NCBI GenBank assembly: GCA_965232515.1
Contig: CBDDPY010000002.1
Span: 1,120,001 to 1,184,000, forward strand
Direction: 5' to 3'
DNA: 64,000 nt
Origin: Alphaproteobacteria bacterium
GTDB taxonomy: Bacteria; Pseudomonadota; Alphaproteobacteria; GCA-2731375
A program made the position numbers and the translations under genes. Shown here one piece after another: positions 47,426 to 59,492 of this stretch (position 1 is its first letter; every line of letters begins with the position of its first letter). Below the pieces are notes generated by a model. It saw nothing but the letters and a program-made list of their open reading frames with translations. It was not told the DNA's origin and did no database searches.

Positions 47426-50143
47426 GTGACGGACGACACCACCACACCGCCTTCCGGCGACGCCAATATCGCGCCCATCTCGATCGAAGAGGAGATGCGC
47501 GCCTCCTATCTCGGTTACGCCATGAGCGTGATCGTCAGTCGCGCCATTCCGGACGCGCGCGACGGGCTGAAGCCGGTGCATCGGCGCATCCTCTACGCCA
47601 TGCACGAGGCCGGCTACACCTCGGACAAGCCGTATCGCAAGGCGGCGCGCATCGTCGGCGACGTCATGGGCCGCTATCACCCGCACGGCGACCAGGCGAT
47701 CTATGACGCCATGGTGCGCATGGCCCAGGACTTCTCGATGCGGCTGCCGCTGCTGGACGGGCAGGGCAACTTCGGCTCGATGGACGGCGATCCCCCGGCG
47801 GCCATGCGCTACACCGAGGTGCGCATGGACAAGCCGGCCGAGGCGCTGCTCACCGACATCGACAAAGACACGGTCGACTTCCAGCCGAACTACGACGAGA
47901 CCGCCCGCGAGCCGGTCGTCCTGCCGGCGAAGTTTCCGAACCTGCTGGTCAACGGCGCCGGCGGCATCGCCGTCGGTATGGCGACGAACATTCCGCCGCA
48001 CAATCTGGGCGAGGTGATCGACGCCTGCCTCGCCTACCTCGACAATCCGAACATCTCCGTCAACGACATGATGCAGTTCGTCGAGGGACCGGATTTTCCG
48101 ACTGGCGGCATCATTCTCGGCCGGGCCGGCATCCGCTCGGCCTTCCACAACGGCCGCGGCAGCGTCGTGATGCGCGGCCGGACCCATATCGAGGAGATCC
48201 GCAAGGACCGCGAGGCCATCATCGTCACCGAGGTTCCCTATCAGGTGAACAAGTCGACGATGGTGGAGAAGATCGCCGAGGCCGTGCGTTCGAAGCGCAT
48301 CGAGGGCATCGCCGACCTGCGTGACGAGAGCGACCGCGACGGCGTCCGCGTGGTCGTCGAGCTGCGGCGCGACGCCATGGCGGAAGTCGTTCTGAACCAG
48401 CTCTATCGATACACGACGCTGCAGACCAGCTTCGGCGTGAACATGCTGGCGCTGAACCGCGGCAAGCCTGAGCTGCTGAACCTGCGCGAACTGATCGCGG
48501 CCTTCGTCTCGGCCCGCGAAGAGGTGGTGACACGCCGTACCCGGCACCTGCTGGACAAGGCGCGGGAGCGGGCGCATGTGCTGGCCGGCCTGGCGATCGC
48601 GGTCGCGAACATCGACGAGGTAATCGCGCTGATCCGGCGCGCGCCCGATCCGGCGACCGCGCGGGCCGAACTGATGGCGCGCGACTGGCCGGCCACCCAG
48701 GTCGCGGCGATGATCGAGCTGATCGACGCGCCGGGCCACCGTGTCATCGATGGCAAGTACCGCCTGTCGGAAGCGCAGGCGCGGGCCATCCTGGACCTGC
48801 GGCTGCAGCGCCTGACCGCGCTGGGCGCGACCGAGATCGGCGACGAACTGCGCGAGCTCGGCGAGAAGATCGAAGACTATCTCGACATTCTCCGCAGCCG
48901 CGACCGCTTGGTCGGCATCATCCGCGAAGAACTGACCGAGATGAAGACGCAGTTCGGGACGCCGCGGCGCACCGAAATCGTCGAGCAGGAGTTCGAGCAG
49001 GACGACGAGGAGCTGATTCAGCGCGAGGACATGGTCCTGACGGTCACGCATTCCGGCTATATCAAGCGCGTGCCGTTGTCGACCTACCGCCCGCAGCGCC
49101 GCGGCGGCAAGGGCCGCGCCGGCATGGCGACGCGCGACGAGGACTTCGTGACCCAGGTCTTTGTCGTCAACACGCACACGCCGGTGCTGTTCTTCTCGTC
49201 GTTCGGCCGCGTCTACAAGCTCAAGGTCTACCGGCTGCCGCAGGGCACGCCGCAGTCGCGCGGCAAGGCGTTCGTGAACCTGTTGCCGCTGCAGACCGGC
49301 GAGGTGATCAACACGCTGATGCCGCTGCCCGAGGATGAGGCCGAGTGGAAGAACCTCTATGCGATGTTCGCCACATCGAGCGGCAATGTCCGGCGCAATG
49401 CGCTCGACGACTTCAGCAACGTGCCGTCGAACGGCAAGATTGCCATGAAGATCGGCGACGACGACGCCATTGTCGGCGTGCAGATCTGCACGGAGAAGGA
49501 CGACGTGCTGCTGGCCGCACGCGGCGGCAAGTGCATCCGCTTCCCGGTGATCGATGTGCGCGTCTTCAAGGGCCGTGACTCGGTCGGCGTCCGCGGCATG
49601 CGGCTGGCGCGCGACGATCGGGTGATCTCGATGTCGATCCTGCGCCACACCGATTTCAGCGGCGACGAGCGCGAGGCCTATCTGCGCTGGGCCAACGCCA
49701 GCCGCCGGGCCGAGAACGGTGACGAGGGCGCGGCAATGCCGTCGAAGCCGGATCGCGCCGATGCCATGGCCGAGATCGAAGAGTTCGTGCTCAGCGTCAC
49801 CGAGAACGGCTACGGCAAACGGACGTCATCGCACGAGTACCCGATCCGCGGCCGTGGCGGTCAGGGCGTGATTAACATCGAGACGTCGAAACGCAACGGG
49901 CCCGTGGTCGCGGCATTCCCCGTCGATCGGACCGATCAGATCATGCTGGTCACCAACGGCGGTCAGATGATCCGCAGCCCGGTCAACGACATCCGCATTG
50001 CCGGCCGCAGCACCCAAGGTGTAACGTTGTTCGACACTGCGGAAGGCGAACGGGTCGTCTCCGTAGCCCGCACCGGCGAGGCCGACGACGAGAACGGCAA
50101 TGGCGAAGACCCGCCAGCCGACAACGGCGCACCGGACACCTGA
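47426..50143 (+). CDS. gyrA: DNA gyrase subunit A
   Basis: [22 protein letters not shown], GyrA-box QRRGGKG. Confidence 0.97.
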   Translation: MTDDTTTPPSGDANIAPISIEEEMRASYLGYAMSVIVSRAIPDARDGLKPVHRRILYAMHEAGYTSDKPYRKAARIVGDVMGRYHPHGDQAIYDAMVRMAQDFSMRLPLLDGQGNFGSMDGDPPAAMRYTEVRMDKPAEALLTDIDKDTVDFQPNYDETAREPVVLPAKFPNLLVNGAGGIAVGMATNIPPHNLGEVIDACLAYLDNPNISVNDMMQFVEGPDFPTGGIILGRAGIRSAFHNGRGSVVMRGRTHIEEIRKDREAIIVTEVPYQVNKSTMVEKIAEAVRSKRIEGIADLRDESDRDGVRVVVELRRDAMAEVVLNQLYRYTTLQTSFGVNMLALNRGKPELLNLRELIAAFVSAREEVVTRRTRHLLDKARERAHVLAGLAIAVANIDEVIALIRRAPDPATARAELMARDWPATQVAAMIELIDAPGHRVIDGKYRLSEAQARAILDLRLQRLTALGATEIGDELRELGEKIEDYLDILRSRDRLVGIIREELTEMKTQFGTPRRTEIVEQEFEQDDEELIQREDMVLTVTHSGYIKRVPLSTYRPQRRGGKGRAGMATRDEDFVTQVFVVNTHTPVLFFSSFGRVYKLKVYRLPQGTPQSRGKAFVNLLPLQTGEVINTLMPLPEDEAEWKNLYAMFATSSGNVRRNALDDFSNVPSNGKIAMKIGDDDAIVGVQICTEKDDVLLAARGGKCIRFPVIDVRVFKGRDSVGVRGMRLARDDRVISMSILRHTDFSGDEREAYLRWANASRRAENGDEGAAMPSKPDRADAMAEIEEFVLSVTENGYGKRTSSHEYPIRGRGGQGVINIETSKRNGPVVAAFPVDRTDQIMLVTNGGQMIRSPVNDIRIAGRSTQGVTLFDTAEGERVVSVARTGEADDENGNGEDPPADNGAPDT

Positions 50144-50203
50144 TCCACCGGTTCGTATGAACAGGCGCGACGCACAACGGCAAAGCTGACGACGGAGGCC
50201 GAC

Positions 50204-50740
50204 TTGGCCACGCAACGTATTGGATTGTATCCCGGCACCTTCGATCCCATCACCGAAGGTCACCGCGACATCATCGAACGGGCCACCAAGATGGTGGATC
50301 TGTTGATCGTCGGCGTCGCGGTCAATGCCGACAAGGGCCCGCTGTTCGATCTCGAAGAGCGCGTCGCGATGGTAACGCGGGAGCTTCAGTATCTGAACAA
50401 TCGCGACGGAACGATCATCCATGTCAAACCGTTCGATAACCTTCTGATGCACTTCGCGATGGAGCAGAACGCGCGGATCATTATTCGCGGTCTGCGCGCG
50501 GTTTCCGATTTCGAGTACGAGTTCCAGATGGTCGGCATGAACGACCGGCTGAATCCGGATATTGAAACGGTCTTCCTGATGGCGACCGACAAGTATCAGT
50601 TCATCGCCTCGCGGCTGGTGAAGGAGATCGCACGCCTGGGCGGCGATGTCAGCGAGTTCGTCTCGCCACGGGTGGAAGCCGATCTTCTCGCCCGTTACGG
50701 CCGTACGCCGGCCGTCAGCACCGGCACGACCGGCAACTGA
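50204..50740 (+). CDS. coaD: Phosphopantetheine adenylyltransferase
   Basis: YPGTFDPIT.GH, RGLRAVSDFEYE; TTG start with GGAGG RBS. Confidence 0.95.
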   Translation: MATQRIGLYPGTFDPITEGHRDIIERATKMVDLLIVGVAVNADKGPLFDLEERVAMVTRELQYLNNRDGTIIHVKPFDNLLMHFAMEQNARIIIRGLRAVSDFEYEFQMVGMNDRLNPDIETVFLMATDKYQFIASRLVKEIARLGGDVSEFVSPRVEADLLARYGRTPAVSTGTTGN

Positions 50741-50772
50741 TCAAATCTCCATTCAACAACTTGGCTAAGCGC

Positions 50773-51312
<540 letters not shown>

Positions 51313-51357
51313 CCGCCGGCGGTTGAACGGCCGGCCGGTGATCGGCCGACAAGACGT

Positions 51358-52389
51358 ATGCGTGTCGACGACTTCGACTTCACGCTCGATCCGGACCTGA
51401 TCGCGACGCGCCCCTGCACGCCGCCAGAGGCGGCGCGGCTGCTTGTTGTGGACGATGAATTGCAGGACCGACACGTCGGCGATCTGCCGGACCTGCTGCG
51501 GCCGGGCGACATTGTCGTCTGCAACGACACGCGGGTCATTCCAGCGCAACTGTCGGGCCGCCGCGACGGCGCCACGGTCGAGGTCACGTTGCACAAGCGA
51601 CAGGGGCCGGGCCGCTGGCGCGCGTTCGCCAAGCCCGCGCGCCGGCTCAGGCCCGGCGACGAGGTCAGTTTCGGCGGCGATTTCGTCGCGCGTGTTCGCG
51701 CACGGGACGGCGCCGAGGTCGAGCTCGACTTCGGCCTGGACGATGCCGGCCTGCGCACGGCGCTGGCGCGCCACGGCGAAACGCCGCTGCCGCCCTATAT
51801 CCGCAAGCGCCGGCGGCCGGACCGGCAGGACATCGACGACTATCAAACCGTGTTCGCCGCCCGCGAAGGCGCGGTCGCGGCGCCGACGGCCGGTCTGCAC
51901 TTCAGCCAGGACCTGCTCGACCGGCTCGCCGGCAGGGGCATTCGTCAGGCGACGCTGACGCTCCACGTCGGCGCCGGCACCTTCCTGCCGGTCAGCGTCG
52001 ACGATACCGACGATCACCGCATGCACAGCGAGGTCGGCGAGATCACGTCGGCGACGGCAGATGTCATCAATGCGGCCCGCGCCGCGGGCGGCCGAGTCGT
52101 CGCCATCGGTACGACCTGTCTGCGACTGCTGGAAACCGCGGTCGATGACGACGGCCGTATCCAGCCGTTCGACGGCGAGACCGACATCTTCATCACGCCG
52201 GGCTACCGGTTCCGCGCTGTCGATCTACTGTTCACCAACTTCCACCTGCCGCGTTCGACCCTGTTCATGCTGGTCGCGGCCTTCGCCGGACTGGAACGCA
52301 TGCGCGCAGCCTATGCGCACGCGCAGACGAACCGCTATCGGTTCTACTCCTACGGCGACGCAACGCTGCTGCATCCGGCCGCCCCATGA
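51358..52389 (+). CDS. queA: S-adenosylmethionine:tRNA ribosyltransferase-isomerase
   Basis: [40 protein letters not shown]. Confidence 0.96.
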   Translation: MRVDDFDFTLDPDLIATRPCTPPEAARLLVVDDELQDRHVGDLPDLLRPGDIVVCNDTRVIPAQLSGRRDGATVEVTLHKRQGPGRWRAFAKPARRLRPGDEVSFGGDFVARVRARDGAEVELDFGLDDAGLRTALARHGETPLPPYIRKRRRPDRQDIDDYQTVFAAREGAVAAPTAGLHFSQDLLDRLAGRGIRQATLTLHVGAGTFLPVSVDDTDDHRMHSEVGEITSATADVINAARAAGGRVVAIGTTCLRLLETAVDDDGRIQPFDGETDIFITPGYRFRAVDLLFTNFHLPRSTLFMLVAAFAGLERMRAAYAHAQTNRYRFYSYGDATLLHPAAP

Positions 52390-53510
52390 CCACCACCTTC
52401 GACTTCGCCATGACGGCACAGAACGGTTCGGCCCGGACAGGTCGGCTGCAAACGGCCCATGGCGCGATCCACACGCCCGCTTTCATGCCCGTCGGCACGG
52501 CGGCGACGGTCAAGGCCATGACGCCCGAAGCAGTGGCGCAAACCGGCGCCGAGATCATTCTCGGCAACACCTATCACCTGATGTTGCGCCCCGGCGCCGA
52601 GCGCATCGCGCGGCTTGGCGGCCTGCACACCTTCATGAACTGGCCAGGACCGATCCTGACCGATTCTGGCGGCTTCCAGGTGATGTCGCTCGCCGGCCTG
52701 CGCCAGCTCAGCGAGGATGGCGTCACATTCCGCAGCCATATCGACGGCGAACGCCACCACCTGACGCCAGAGTCGAGTGTCGAGATCCAGCGCCTGCTCG
52801 ATGCCGACATCACCATGGTGCTGGACGAATGCACGCCGTTTCCGGCCAGCGAGACCGAGGCAGCTGAGTCCATGCGACTGTCCATGCGCTGGGCCCGACG
52901 CTCGCGCGACGCATTTCAGGAGCGGCCGGGCTACGGACTGTTCGGCATCGTTCAGGGCAACGTCTATCCGCAGCTGCGTGCGGAGTCGGCGGCCGCGCTG
53001 ACCGCAATTGGCTTCGACGGCTATGCCATTGGTGGCCTTGCGGTCGGCGAGGGGCAGGGAGCCATGTTCCAGGTGCTGGACGACGTGATGCCGCATCTGC
53101 CGGCGGACAAACCGCGCTACCTGATGGGTGTGGGCAAGCCGGACGATCTCGTCGGCGCCGTCCAGAGGGGTGTCGACATGTTCGATTGCGTGCTGCCAAC
53201 CCGCTCGGGCCGCACCGGCCAGGCCTTCACCAGGCGCGGGCCGTTGAACATAAAGAACGCCCGGCATGCCGACGACCCGCGGCCGCTCGACGAAACGCTC
53301 AACTGTCCGGCCTCGCGCGACTACTCGCGCGCCTATCTGCATCATCTCGTGAAGTCGAAGGAGATCCTCGGCGCCGTCCTGCTGACCTGGCACAACCTCG
53401 CCTACTACCAGCACCTGATGGCGGGTCTGCGCGCCGCCATCGCGGACGGTGAACTGGATGCCTTCGCGGCCGAGTTCCGCACCATGCAGCGGGAAGGGGA
53501 GCCGGGCTAG
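52386..53510 (+). CDS. tgt: Queuine tRNA-ribosyltransferase
   Basis: [35 protein letters not shown]. Confidence 0.97.
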   Translation: MTTTFDFAMTAQNGSARTGRLQTAHGAIHTPAFMPVGTAATVKAMTPEAVAQTGAEIILGNTYHLMLRPGAERIARLGGLHTFMNWPGPILTDSGGFQVMSLAGLRQLSEDGVTFRSHIDGERHHLTPESSVEIQRLLDADITMVLDECTPFPASETEAAESMRLSMRWARRSRDAFQERPGYGLFGIVQGNVYPQLRAESAAALTAIGFDGYAIGGLAVGEGQGAMFQVLDDVMPHLPADKPRYLMGVGKPDDLVGAVQRGVDMFDCVLPTRSGRTGQAFTRRGPLNIKNARHADDPRPLDETLNCPASRDYSRAYLHHLVKSKEILGAVLLTWHNLAYYQHLMAGLRAAIADGELDAFAAEFRTMQREGEPG

Positions 53511-53513
53511 GCG

Positions 53514-54455
53514 CTATTCCTTCACGGCGCCCGTCATCGATGAGACGTAGTGTTCGACGAAGAAGGAATAGACCAGCGCCACCGGTACCGAGCCCAGCAG
53601 CGCGCCGGCCATCAGCGCGCCCCAGTGATAGATGTCGCCGTCGACCAGCTCGTTCAGCACGGCCACCGGCACGGTCTTCTTCTCCGACGAGGAGATGAAG
53701 GTCAGCGCGTAGATGAACTCATTCCAGCACAGCGTGAAGGCGAAGATGCCGGCCGAGATGATGCCCGGGATCGACAGCGGCAGCACGATCTTGACCAGGA
53801 TCTGCGCCCGGCTGGCGCCGTCGATCAGCGCGCACTCCTCGAGCTCATAGGGGATCGACTTGAAGTAACCCATCAACAGCCATGTGCTGAACGGGATCAG
53901 GATCGTCGGATAGGTCAGGATCAAGGCCATCGGCGTGTCGAACAGACCGTAGTTGAAGACGACGATGGCGAGCGGAATGAACAGGATGCTGGGCGGCACC
54001 AGATAGGCGAGGAAGATCAACCCGCCGACGGCATTTGAGCCGCGATAGCGGATACGCACGATGGCATAGGCCGCCATCACGCTGGCGACGATCGACAGGA
54101 AGGTCGAGACGACCGCCACCATCATGGTGTTCCACATCCACGACGGATAATCGGTTTCGAACAGCAGCCGGGCGTAATGCTCGAACGTGGGGCTGATCAC
54201 CCACCACGGATTGTGGTTCTCCAGGTCGATCAGCTCGGCGTTCGGCTTGATGCTGGTCAGACCCATCCAATAGAACGGAAAAAGCAGGATGATCAGGAAC
54301 AGCGCGACCGGGATATAGACGATGACCACGCGCTGGGGCAGGGTGGTCAGATACTCCATACCCTCCTGCTGATCACGGCGTCGCTGGCTCCAGCGCTGCG
54401 CCCAGGTCATCTCCTTCGGCAGCTTGCTCTCGCCCGTCGAAACCTGCTCAACCAT
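53514..54455 (-). CDS. Carbohydrate ABC transporter permease (MalG-like)
   Basis: EAA loop IPYELEECALIDGA, WNEF; multiple TM helices. Confidence 0.92.
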   Translation of the reverse strand: MVEQVSTGESKLPKEMTWAQRWSQRRRDQQEGMEYLTTLPQRVVIVYIPVALFLIILLFPFYWMGLTSIKPNAELIDLENHNPWWVISPTFEHYARLLFETDYPSWMWNTMMVAVVSTFLSIVASVMAAYAIVRIRYRGSNAVGGLIFLAYLVPPSILFIPLAIVVFNYGLFDTPMALILTYPTILIPFSTWLLMGYFKSIPYELEECALIDGASRAQILVKIVLPLSIPGIISAGIFAFTLCWNEFIYALTFISSSEKKTVPVAVLNELVDGDIYHWGALMAGALLGSVPVALVYSFFVEHYVSSMTGAVKE

Positions 54456-54489
54456 GGTCAGACCGCCTCCATCGCGGTTCCTTGTCGCC

Positions 54490-55446
54490 TCAATCGTCGC
54501 CTTCGCCCTGCTGCCATTTGCGGCGCTGCAGGCCGAACCAGCTGAACATGATCGCGGCCAGCAGAAACGGGATCATCGCCGTCGAGATCGCTGCGCCCTC
54601 GCCGAGATTGCCGCCCTGGATCGCCCGCTGGAACGACAGCGTCGCCATCAGATGCGTGGCGTTCACTGGCCCGCCGCGGGTCATCGCGTAGATCAGTTGG
54701 AAGTCGGTGAACGTGAACAGCACCGAAAACGTCATCACGACGGCGATGATCGGTGTCAGCATGGGATAGGTGATGTAGCGGAACATCTGCCAGCGCGAGG
54801 CGCCGTCAATGGTCGAGGCCTCGTAGAGCGAGGCCGGAATGGTCTGCAGTCCGGCGAGCAGCGTGATGGCGACGAACGGAATGCCGCGCCAGACGTTGGC
54901 CACGATCACAGAGGCGCGGGCGTTGTTCGGTTCGCCCAGGAAGTTGATGTTCTCCGTGATCAGGCCGAGCTGCGTCAGCGTCCAGCTGATAATCGAGAAC
55001 TGGGAATCGTAGATCCACCAGAACGCGATGGCCGAGAGCACGGTCGGCACGATGAACGGCAGCAGCACGATCGCCCGGATGAACGCCTTGAACGGCATGT
55101 GGTTGTTCAACAGGATCGCGAGGTAAAAGCCGAGCGCGAACTTCAGGATGCTGGCGACGATCGTGTAGAGAAACGTGTTGAAGACCGAGAGCCAGAACAC
55201 CGGATCGTCCATCAGCCATTCGAAGTTCTCCAGGCCGATGAAGACGCCGGGCCGTCCGATCTTGGCGTCCGTCAGGCTGAGCCAGATGCCAAGCCCCAGA
55301 GGATAGGTCAGAAACAGGACCAGGAAGGCGCCGGCTGGCAGCATGAACCAGAAGCCAAGGAAGTTGCGGTTGTCCCGCAAGCGGCTCCAGGCCCACCACG
55401 GCGTTGACGGTGAGGTATAACGCTCGGGATAGCTCTCGGTCGCCAC
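54490..55446 (-). CDS. Carbohydrate ABC transporter permease (MalF-like)
   Basis: FIGLENF, LAGLQTIP..LYEASTIDGA. Confidence 0.92.
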   Translation of the reverse strand: MATESYPERYTSPSTPWWAWSRLRDNRNFLGFWFMLPAGAFLVLFLTYPLGLGIWLSLTDAKIGRPGVFIGLENFEWLMDDPVFWLSVFNTFLYTIVASILKFALGFYLAILLNNHMPFKAFIRAIVLLPFIVPTVLSAIAFWWIYDSQFSIISWTLTQLGLITENINFLGEPNNARASVIVANVWRGIPFVAITLLAGLQTIPASLYEASTIDGASRWQMFRYITYPMLTPIIAVVMTFSVLFTFTDFQLIYAMTRGGPVNATHLMATLSFQRAIQGGNLGEGAAISTAMIPFLLAAIMFSWFGLQRRKWQQGEGDD

Positions 55447-55515
55447 GGCGCGCTCCCCTATGGCCGGGTCCGGTTGGCGCGCCGCTTCTGCTGCGGCGCG
55501 CCAACCCGGGTCCGG

Positions 55516-56835
55516 CTAGACCCGATAGTAACGCAGCGCCCGCTTCTCGGCGCGCGCCGCCGCCTCTTTCGGCGAGGCCCGACCGGTCGCCGCCTCGGCC
55601 ACCAGATCGACGATGATGAAGTCGGCATAGGCGCTTGCCGCCGCGTAGCCCAGCGGTCCGCCATGGCCGATATCGAGCGACCGCACGGTCGCGGACTTGA
55701 AGACCTTGCGTTTCGGATCCTCGTCCCAGACCGGGTGATCTTCATAGGCCTTCAGCGTGTGGGTGAAGTAGCCGACCGACTGCTGCAGCCAGTCGTTGTA
55801 CTGCTTCGACTCCATCAGGAAGGCCAGCAGCGCCTTACAGGCATTCGGATACTTGCTGTATTGGAACGCCTCGATCGGGAACGGCAGCTGCAGTTCCGTG
55901 GGCTTGCCGACCGGACCGATCGGATAGTAGGCGTGATCCATGTCCTCGGCGATGTCGGTCATGCCTTGAGCGTTCGCCGCGGCATAGATGGAAATGCCGT
56001 TGTTGGTGTAACCGACCTCGCCCGACAGGAAGGCCTTGTTGTTGTGGCCGTCGGTCCAGGCCGCCGTGCCCGGCGTCCAGTGCTGGTAGAGCTCGCGGAT
56101 GTATTCCAAGGCCGCGACCGTCTCCGGACTGTTGATGACGACGTTGCCGTCGCCGTCGACCAGGCTGCCGCCAAAGGCCCAGATCAGCCAGTGCGTCCAG
56201 GCGTTGCCGTCGCCGGTCGCCTTGCCGAGCGCCATGCCGCCCGGATGGCCGATCTTCTTCATCTCGGCCGACAGTTTCAGTAGATCGTCGGTGTTGTCCG
56301 GGAACTTGTCGAAGCCGGCCTCGTTCATCCAGCTGATGCGGTAGTTTAGGTAGTTGCCACCGACGCACAGGGGCAGGGCGATCCAGCGGCCGTCGCGCGT
56401 GCCGTAGCGCTTCGGCATGTCGTACCACCCGCCGTATTTTCCGCCGAGGTAGTCCGCCACGTCGCTGACGTCGATCAGCTTGTCAGGAATCAGATGTGGG
56501 ATCGCCTGGGTGCCCCAAATGATGTCGGGGCCGGCGCCGACATTGGCCGCGACCGCCGCCTTGGGCTGGATGTCGTCGATGAACTCCTTGTCCAAGCGTA
56601 CCGGCACGCCGGTCGCCTCCGTGAACGCCGCGATGTTGGCGTCGAACTGAATATCCTCGGATTCGACGAACCGGTTCCAGCGCAGCATACGAAGCTTCGC
56701 GCCGTCCTCGGGCTTGAACGGATTGTCGGCCGCCCATGCGCGCGCCCAACCCAACAGATCGCTGCCCGCCAGCGCGGCGCCGGCGGCAAGTGCGGTCGTG
56801 CCCTGCAGGACACGGCGTCTTGAAATGTCTGTCAT
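55516..56835 (-). CDS. ABC transporter substrate-binding protein (CUT1), Tat signal
   Basis: ISRRRVLQG twin-arginine leader, GAGPDI, SBP family 1-like; GGAGG RBS. Confidence 0.88.
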   Translation of the reverse strand: MTDISRRRVLQGTTALAAGAALAGSDLLGWARAWAADNPFKPEDGAKLRMLRWNRFVESEDIQFDANIAAFTEATGVPVRLDKEFIDDIQPKAAVAANVGAGPDIIWGTQAIPHLIPDKLIDVSDVADYLGGKYGGWYDMPKRYGTRDGRWIALPLCVGGNYLNYRISWMNEAGFDKFPDNTDDLLKLSAEMKKIGHPGGMALGKATGDGNAWTHWLIWAFGGSLVDGDGNVVINSPETVAALEYIRELYQHWTPGTAAWTDGHNNKAFLSGEVGYTNNGISIYAAANAQGMTDIAEDMDHAYYPIGPVGKPTELQLPFPIEAFQYSKYPNACKALLAFLMESKQYNDWLQQSVGYFTHTLKAYEDHPVWDEDPKRKVFKSATVRSLDIGHGGPLGYAAASAYADFIIVDLVAEAATGRASPKEAAARAEKRALRYYRV

Positions 56836-56979
56836 GACTGCCTCCTCCCGTACGTTTGCTTAGCGTTGTTCAGATCGTCGTGACCGATACGACAATTTGT
56901 CGATTGTCCTTGGTTACGCCGGTGTAATCGTCCTCCCGTAGTTTTTCCGTCACGTCGTCGTCGCCGGCGGCTTCGCGCG

Positions 56980-58056
56980 CTAGATCCGCGCGCCGGAACC
57001 GCCGTCGAACAGATGTATCTTGTCGAGCTCCGGCAACAGCGTGATGCGCTCACCGGGTCTGAAGTCGTGCCGTTCGCGAAACACGGCGTTGAGCTCGTGG
57101 CCGCTGACCCGGCCGACGACGAGGATCTCGGCGCCCGTCGGCTCCACGACGACGACCTCGCTCTGGAAGCCGAAATCGTCGCCGCCGTTGGCCAGCACCA
57201 GATGTTCGGGCCGCACGCCGTAGACGACGTCCCGGCCTTCGGCGGCGGCGTGGCCGTTCGGGATCGGCAGCTTCGTGCCGTCCGAGGCCTCGACAAACCT
57301 GCCGTCGCCATTGCTGCGCACCGTGCCCGAGACGAAGTTCATGGCCGGCGAGCCGATGAACCCCGCAACGAACACGTTGTCGGGATGGTCATAGAGCTCG
57401 AGCGGCTGTCCGATCTGCTCGACGATACCGTCATGCATGACGACGATCCTGTCCGCCATGGTCAGCGCCTCGATCTGATCGTGCGTGACATAGACCGTGG
57501 TCGTGCGCAGCCGCTGGTGCAGCTCTTTGATCTCGGTCCGCATCTGCACGCGCAGCTTGGCGTCGAGATTCGACAACGGCTCGTCGAACAGAAACACCTG
57601 CGGATCGCGCACGATGGCGCGGCCCATGGCGACACGCTGGCGCTGCCCGCCGGACAGCTGCCGAGGATAGCGTTCCAGGTATTCGCCGAGGTTCAGGATC
57701 TCGGCCGCCTCGCGAACGCGCTGGTCGATCATCTTCCGGTCCGCGCGGCGCAGCTTCAGGCTGAAGCCCATGTTGTCGTAGACCGTCATATGCGGATAGA
57801 GCGCGTAGTTCTGGAACACCATGGCGACATCGCGTTCCTTCGGCGGCATTACGTTGACGATGCGCCCGTCGATCGCGATTTCACCGCCGGTGATTGGCTC
57901 CAGCCCGGCGATCATCCGAAGCAGGGTTGATTTACCGCACCCCGAAGGGCCGACCAGCACCACGAACTCGCCGTCGCCGATCTCGACGTCCACGCCATGA
58001 ATGACTTCGGTGGATCCAAACGCCTTGAAGACCCGACGCACTTCGACGCTGGCCAA
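56980..58056 (-). CDS. Sugar ABC transporter ATP-binding protein (MalK/UgpC-like)
   Basis: GPSGCGKS, VFQNYALYPH, LSGGQRQR, FIGSPAMN; TTG start with GGGAGG RBS. Confidence 0.93.
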   Translation of the reverse strand: MASVEVRRVFKAFGSTEVIHGVDVEIGDGEFVVLVGPSGCGKSTLLRMIAGLEPITGGEIAIDGRIVNVMPPKERDVAMVFQNYALYPHMTVYDNMGFSLKLRRADRKMIDQRVREAAEILNLGEYLERYPRQLSGGQRQRVAMGRAIVRDPQVFLFDEPLSNLDAKLRVQMRTEIKELHQRLRTTTVYVTHDQIEALTMADRIVVMHDGIVEQIGQPLELYDHPDNVFVAGFIGSPAMNFVSGTVRSNGDGRFVEASDGTKLPIPNGHAAAEGRDVVYGVRPEHLVLANGGDDFGFQSEVVVVEPTGAEILVVGRVSGHELNAVFRERHDFRPGERITLLPELDKIHLFDGGSGARI

Positions 58057-58652
58057 AAACTACCCTCCCGTTTTCACGACCGACATGGGTCCACCCGCCC
58101 GTTCGGCCGTTATTCGGTGAATGGAACGGCCCTATCGTTTTCCGAGTTATGTCCGGGCAGGCCAAGCTAGCCTGATTGAGAAACCGACGCGCGTCAACCG
58201 GCGGCCGCGCCGACGTCAGGTCGGAGCCGCCGCTCAGCCGGAACGCTGCAGAGTTGTAGGGATCGCGGCCTGGCTTTCGGCCCGGCGCGTGGCGGCCGCG
58301 GCGTCCCAGTCGGTACACAAACCGCGGTTTTCCAAGGGCGCCGAGATCCATCCATAGGCCGCCGGTCGCCCGTGGTCTGCGGCCCGGATGGTGGGAGTGT
58401 TTCCCGTAAATGTTGTAGCTGATGGCCGACGGAAGGACGCGGCATATAGCCGGTCCAACATGCAAAAACCATTAATAATTGTTTTAAAATCTTTTTGCAC
58501 ATCTAAGCAAATCAATCACTTGGCCTACACGCCTATCCACTGCAAAAATCGCAATGCAAAAACACCGATTGTGATTTGCAGATCTGCCGCGATCTGATGA
58601 ATTTGATGAAATTTCCGCATATTCATGCGGGAGACACACGCGTTGGTTATGG

Positions 58653-58667
58653 TAAAGTTTCAGTTAA
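58653..58667. promoter_or_regulatory. CtrA-like box upstream of the GNAT-like gene
   Basis: TAAA-N7-TTAA, one mismatch to TTAA-N7-TTAA. Confidence 0.35.
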
Positions 58668-58688
58668 GGCCAAGGGGAGAGTCAAAAA

Positions 58689-59492
58689 ATGTCGGCACAA
58701 CAACTCGTTCGTTCCTTCATCAACATGCTTAAGGAAGATGGTTACTTTGTAACCATTAGCAGCGACCTAGAGGACTGGGTCGCATTGATGAGCGCAGCGC
58801 CGAAAATCAGTGTCATCAATCCGACATTCGATCCGAGGGTGAGCGATCTATCGGCAAAAAACAGTTTCTGGCTGCGGGTCACCGACCAGACCGACACACC
58901 GGTCGCCTGTATCGCCAACCGCCTGTTCGTCACCGACGACTATGTCGAGGTCATACGGTCATGGCGGCTGTGGTACGACCGCGGCCTGACTGCGATCCGC
59001 CCGCTCAACATGGTGCTGCCGGACGATCTTCCGTTCATCGACGGGCGCATCGGCCATCATGGCGGTCTGTGGGTGCATCCCGATCACCGCAAGCGCGGCC
59101 TGTCGTTCGTGCTGCCGCGCCTGACGCGGGCCCTGTCGCTGGTGCGGTTCCGTCCCGATTGGCATTGCGGCATGGTGTTCGCCGCGCTTGGCGACAGCCG
59201 GCTGCCGCTCGCCAACTACGGCTACCCGCACATGGTGCCGTGTATCGAGGGATACTTCCCCGTCACCGACCGGCCGGAGCGGGTCTACATGACCTATATT
59301 TCGCGGGAAGAAATGTTAGATCAGACGCGAGGGGATCTCGACCTTCTGGAACTTAACCCCAACAAGAAGGCGGTCGACGTCATGGCCATTGCTCGCCAGC
59401 GGCAGGATCAGCCGGCTATAGCCCCGCGTCGAGTAGTTCATGAACGCCCCGACGTGCTGGTACCGCGGCACGCAGGTGTACTTCACGGTTAG
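58689..59492 (+). CDS. Hypothetical protein with a GNAT/acyl-CoA-binding-like motif
   Basis: Strong RBS (AAGGGGAG); motif-A-like GGLWVHPDHRKRGL preceded by beta-strand-like SFWLRV and VACIANRLF segments. Confidence 0.65.
   Translation: MSAQQLVRSFINMLKEDGYFVTISSDLEDWVALMSAAPKISVINPTFDPRVSDLSAKNSFWLRVTDQTDTPVACIANRLFVTDDYVEVIRSWRLWYDRGLTAIRPLNMVLPDDLPFIDGRIGHHGGLWVHPDHRKRGLSFVLPRLTRALSLVRFRPDWHCGMVFAALGDSRLPLANYGYPHMVPCIEGYFPVTDRPERVYMTYISREEMLDQTRGDLDLLELNPNKKAVDVMAIARQRQDQPAIAPRRVVHERPDVLVPRHAGVLHG

Noticed and set aside
43454-49648. Long opposite-strand ORFs over uvrA (294 and 528 aa) and gyrA (753 aa)
   Set aside because: Shadows of well-supported core genes.
58194-58597. Short ORFs in the ABC-GNAT intergenic region
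   Set aside because: No RBS, motifs or coding-like codon pattern; better explained as regulatory DNA.
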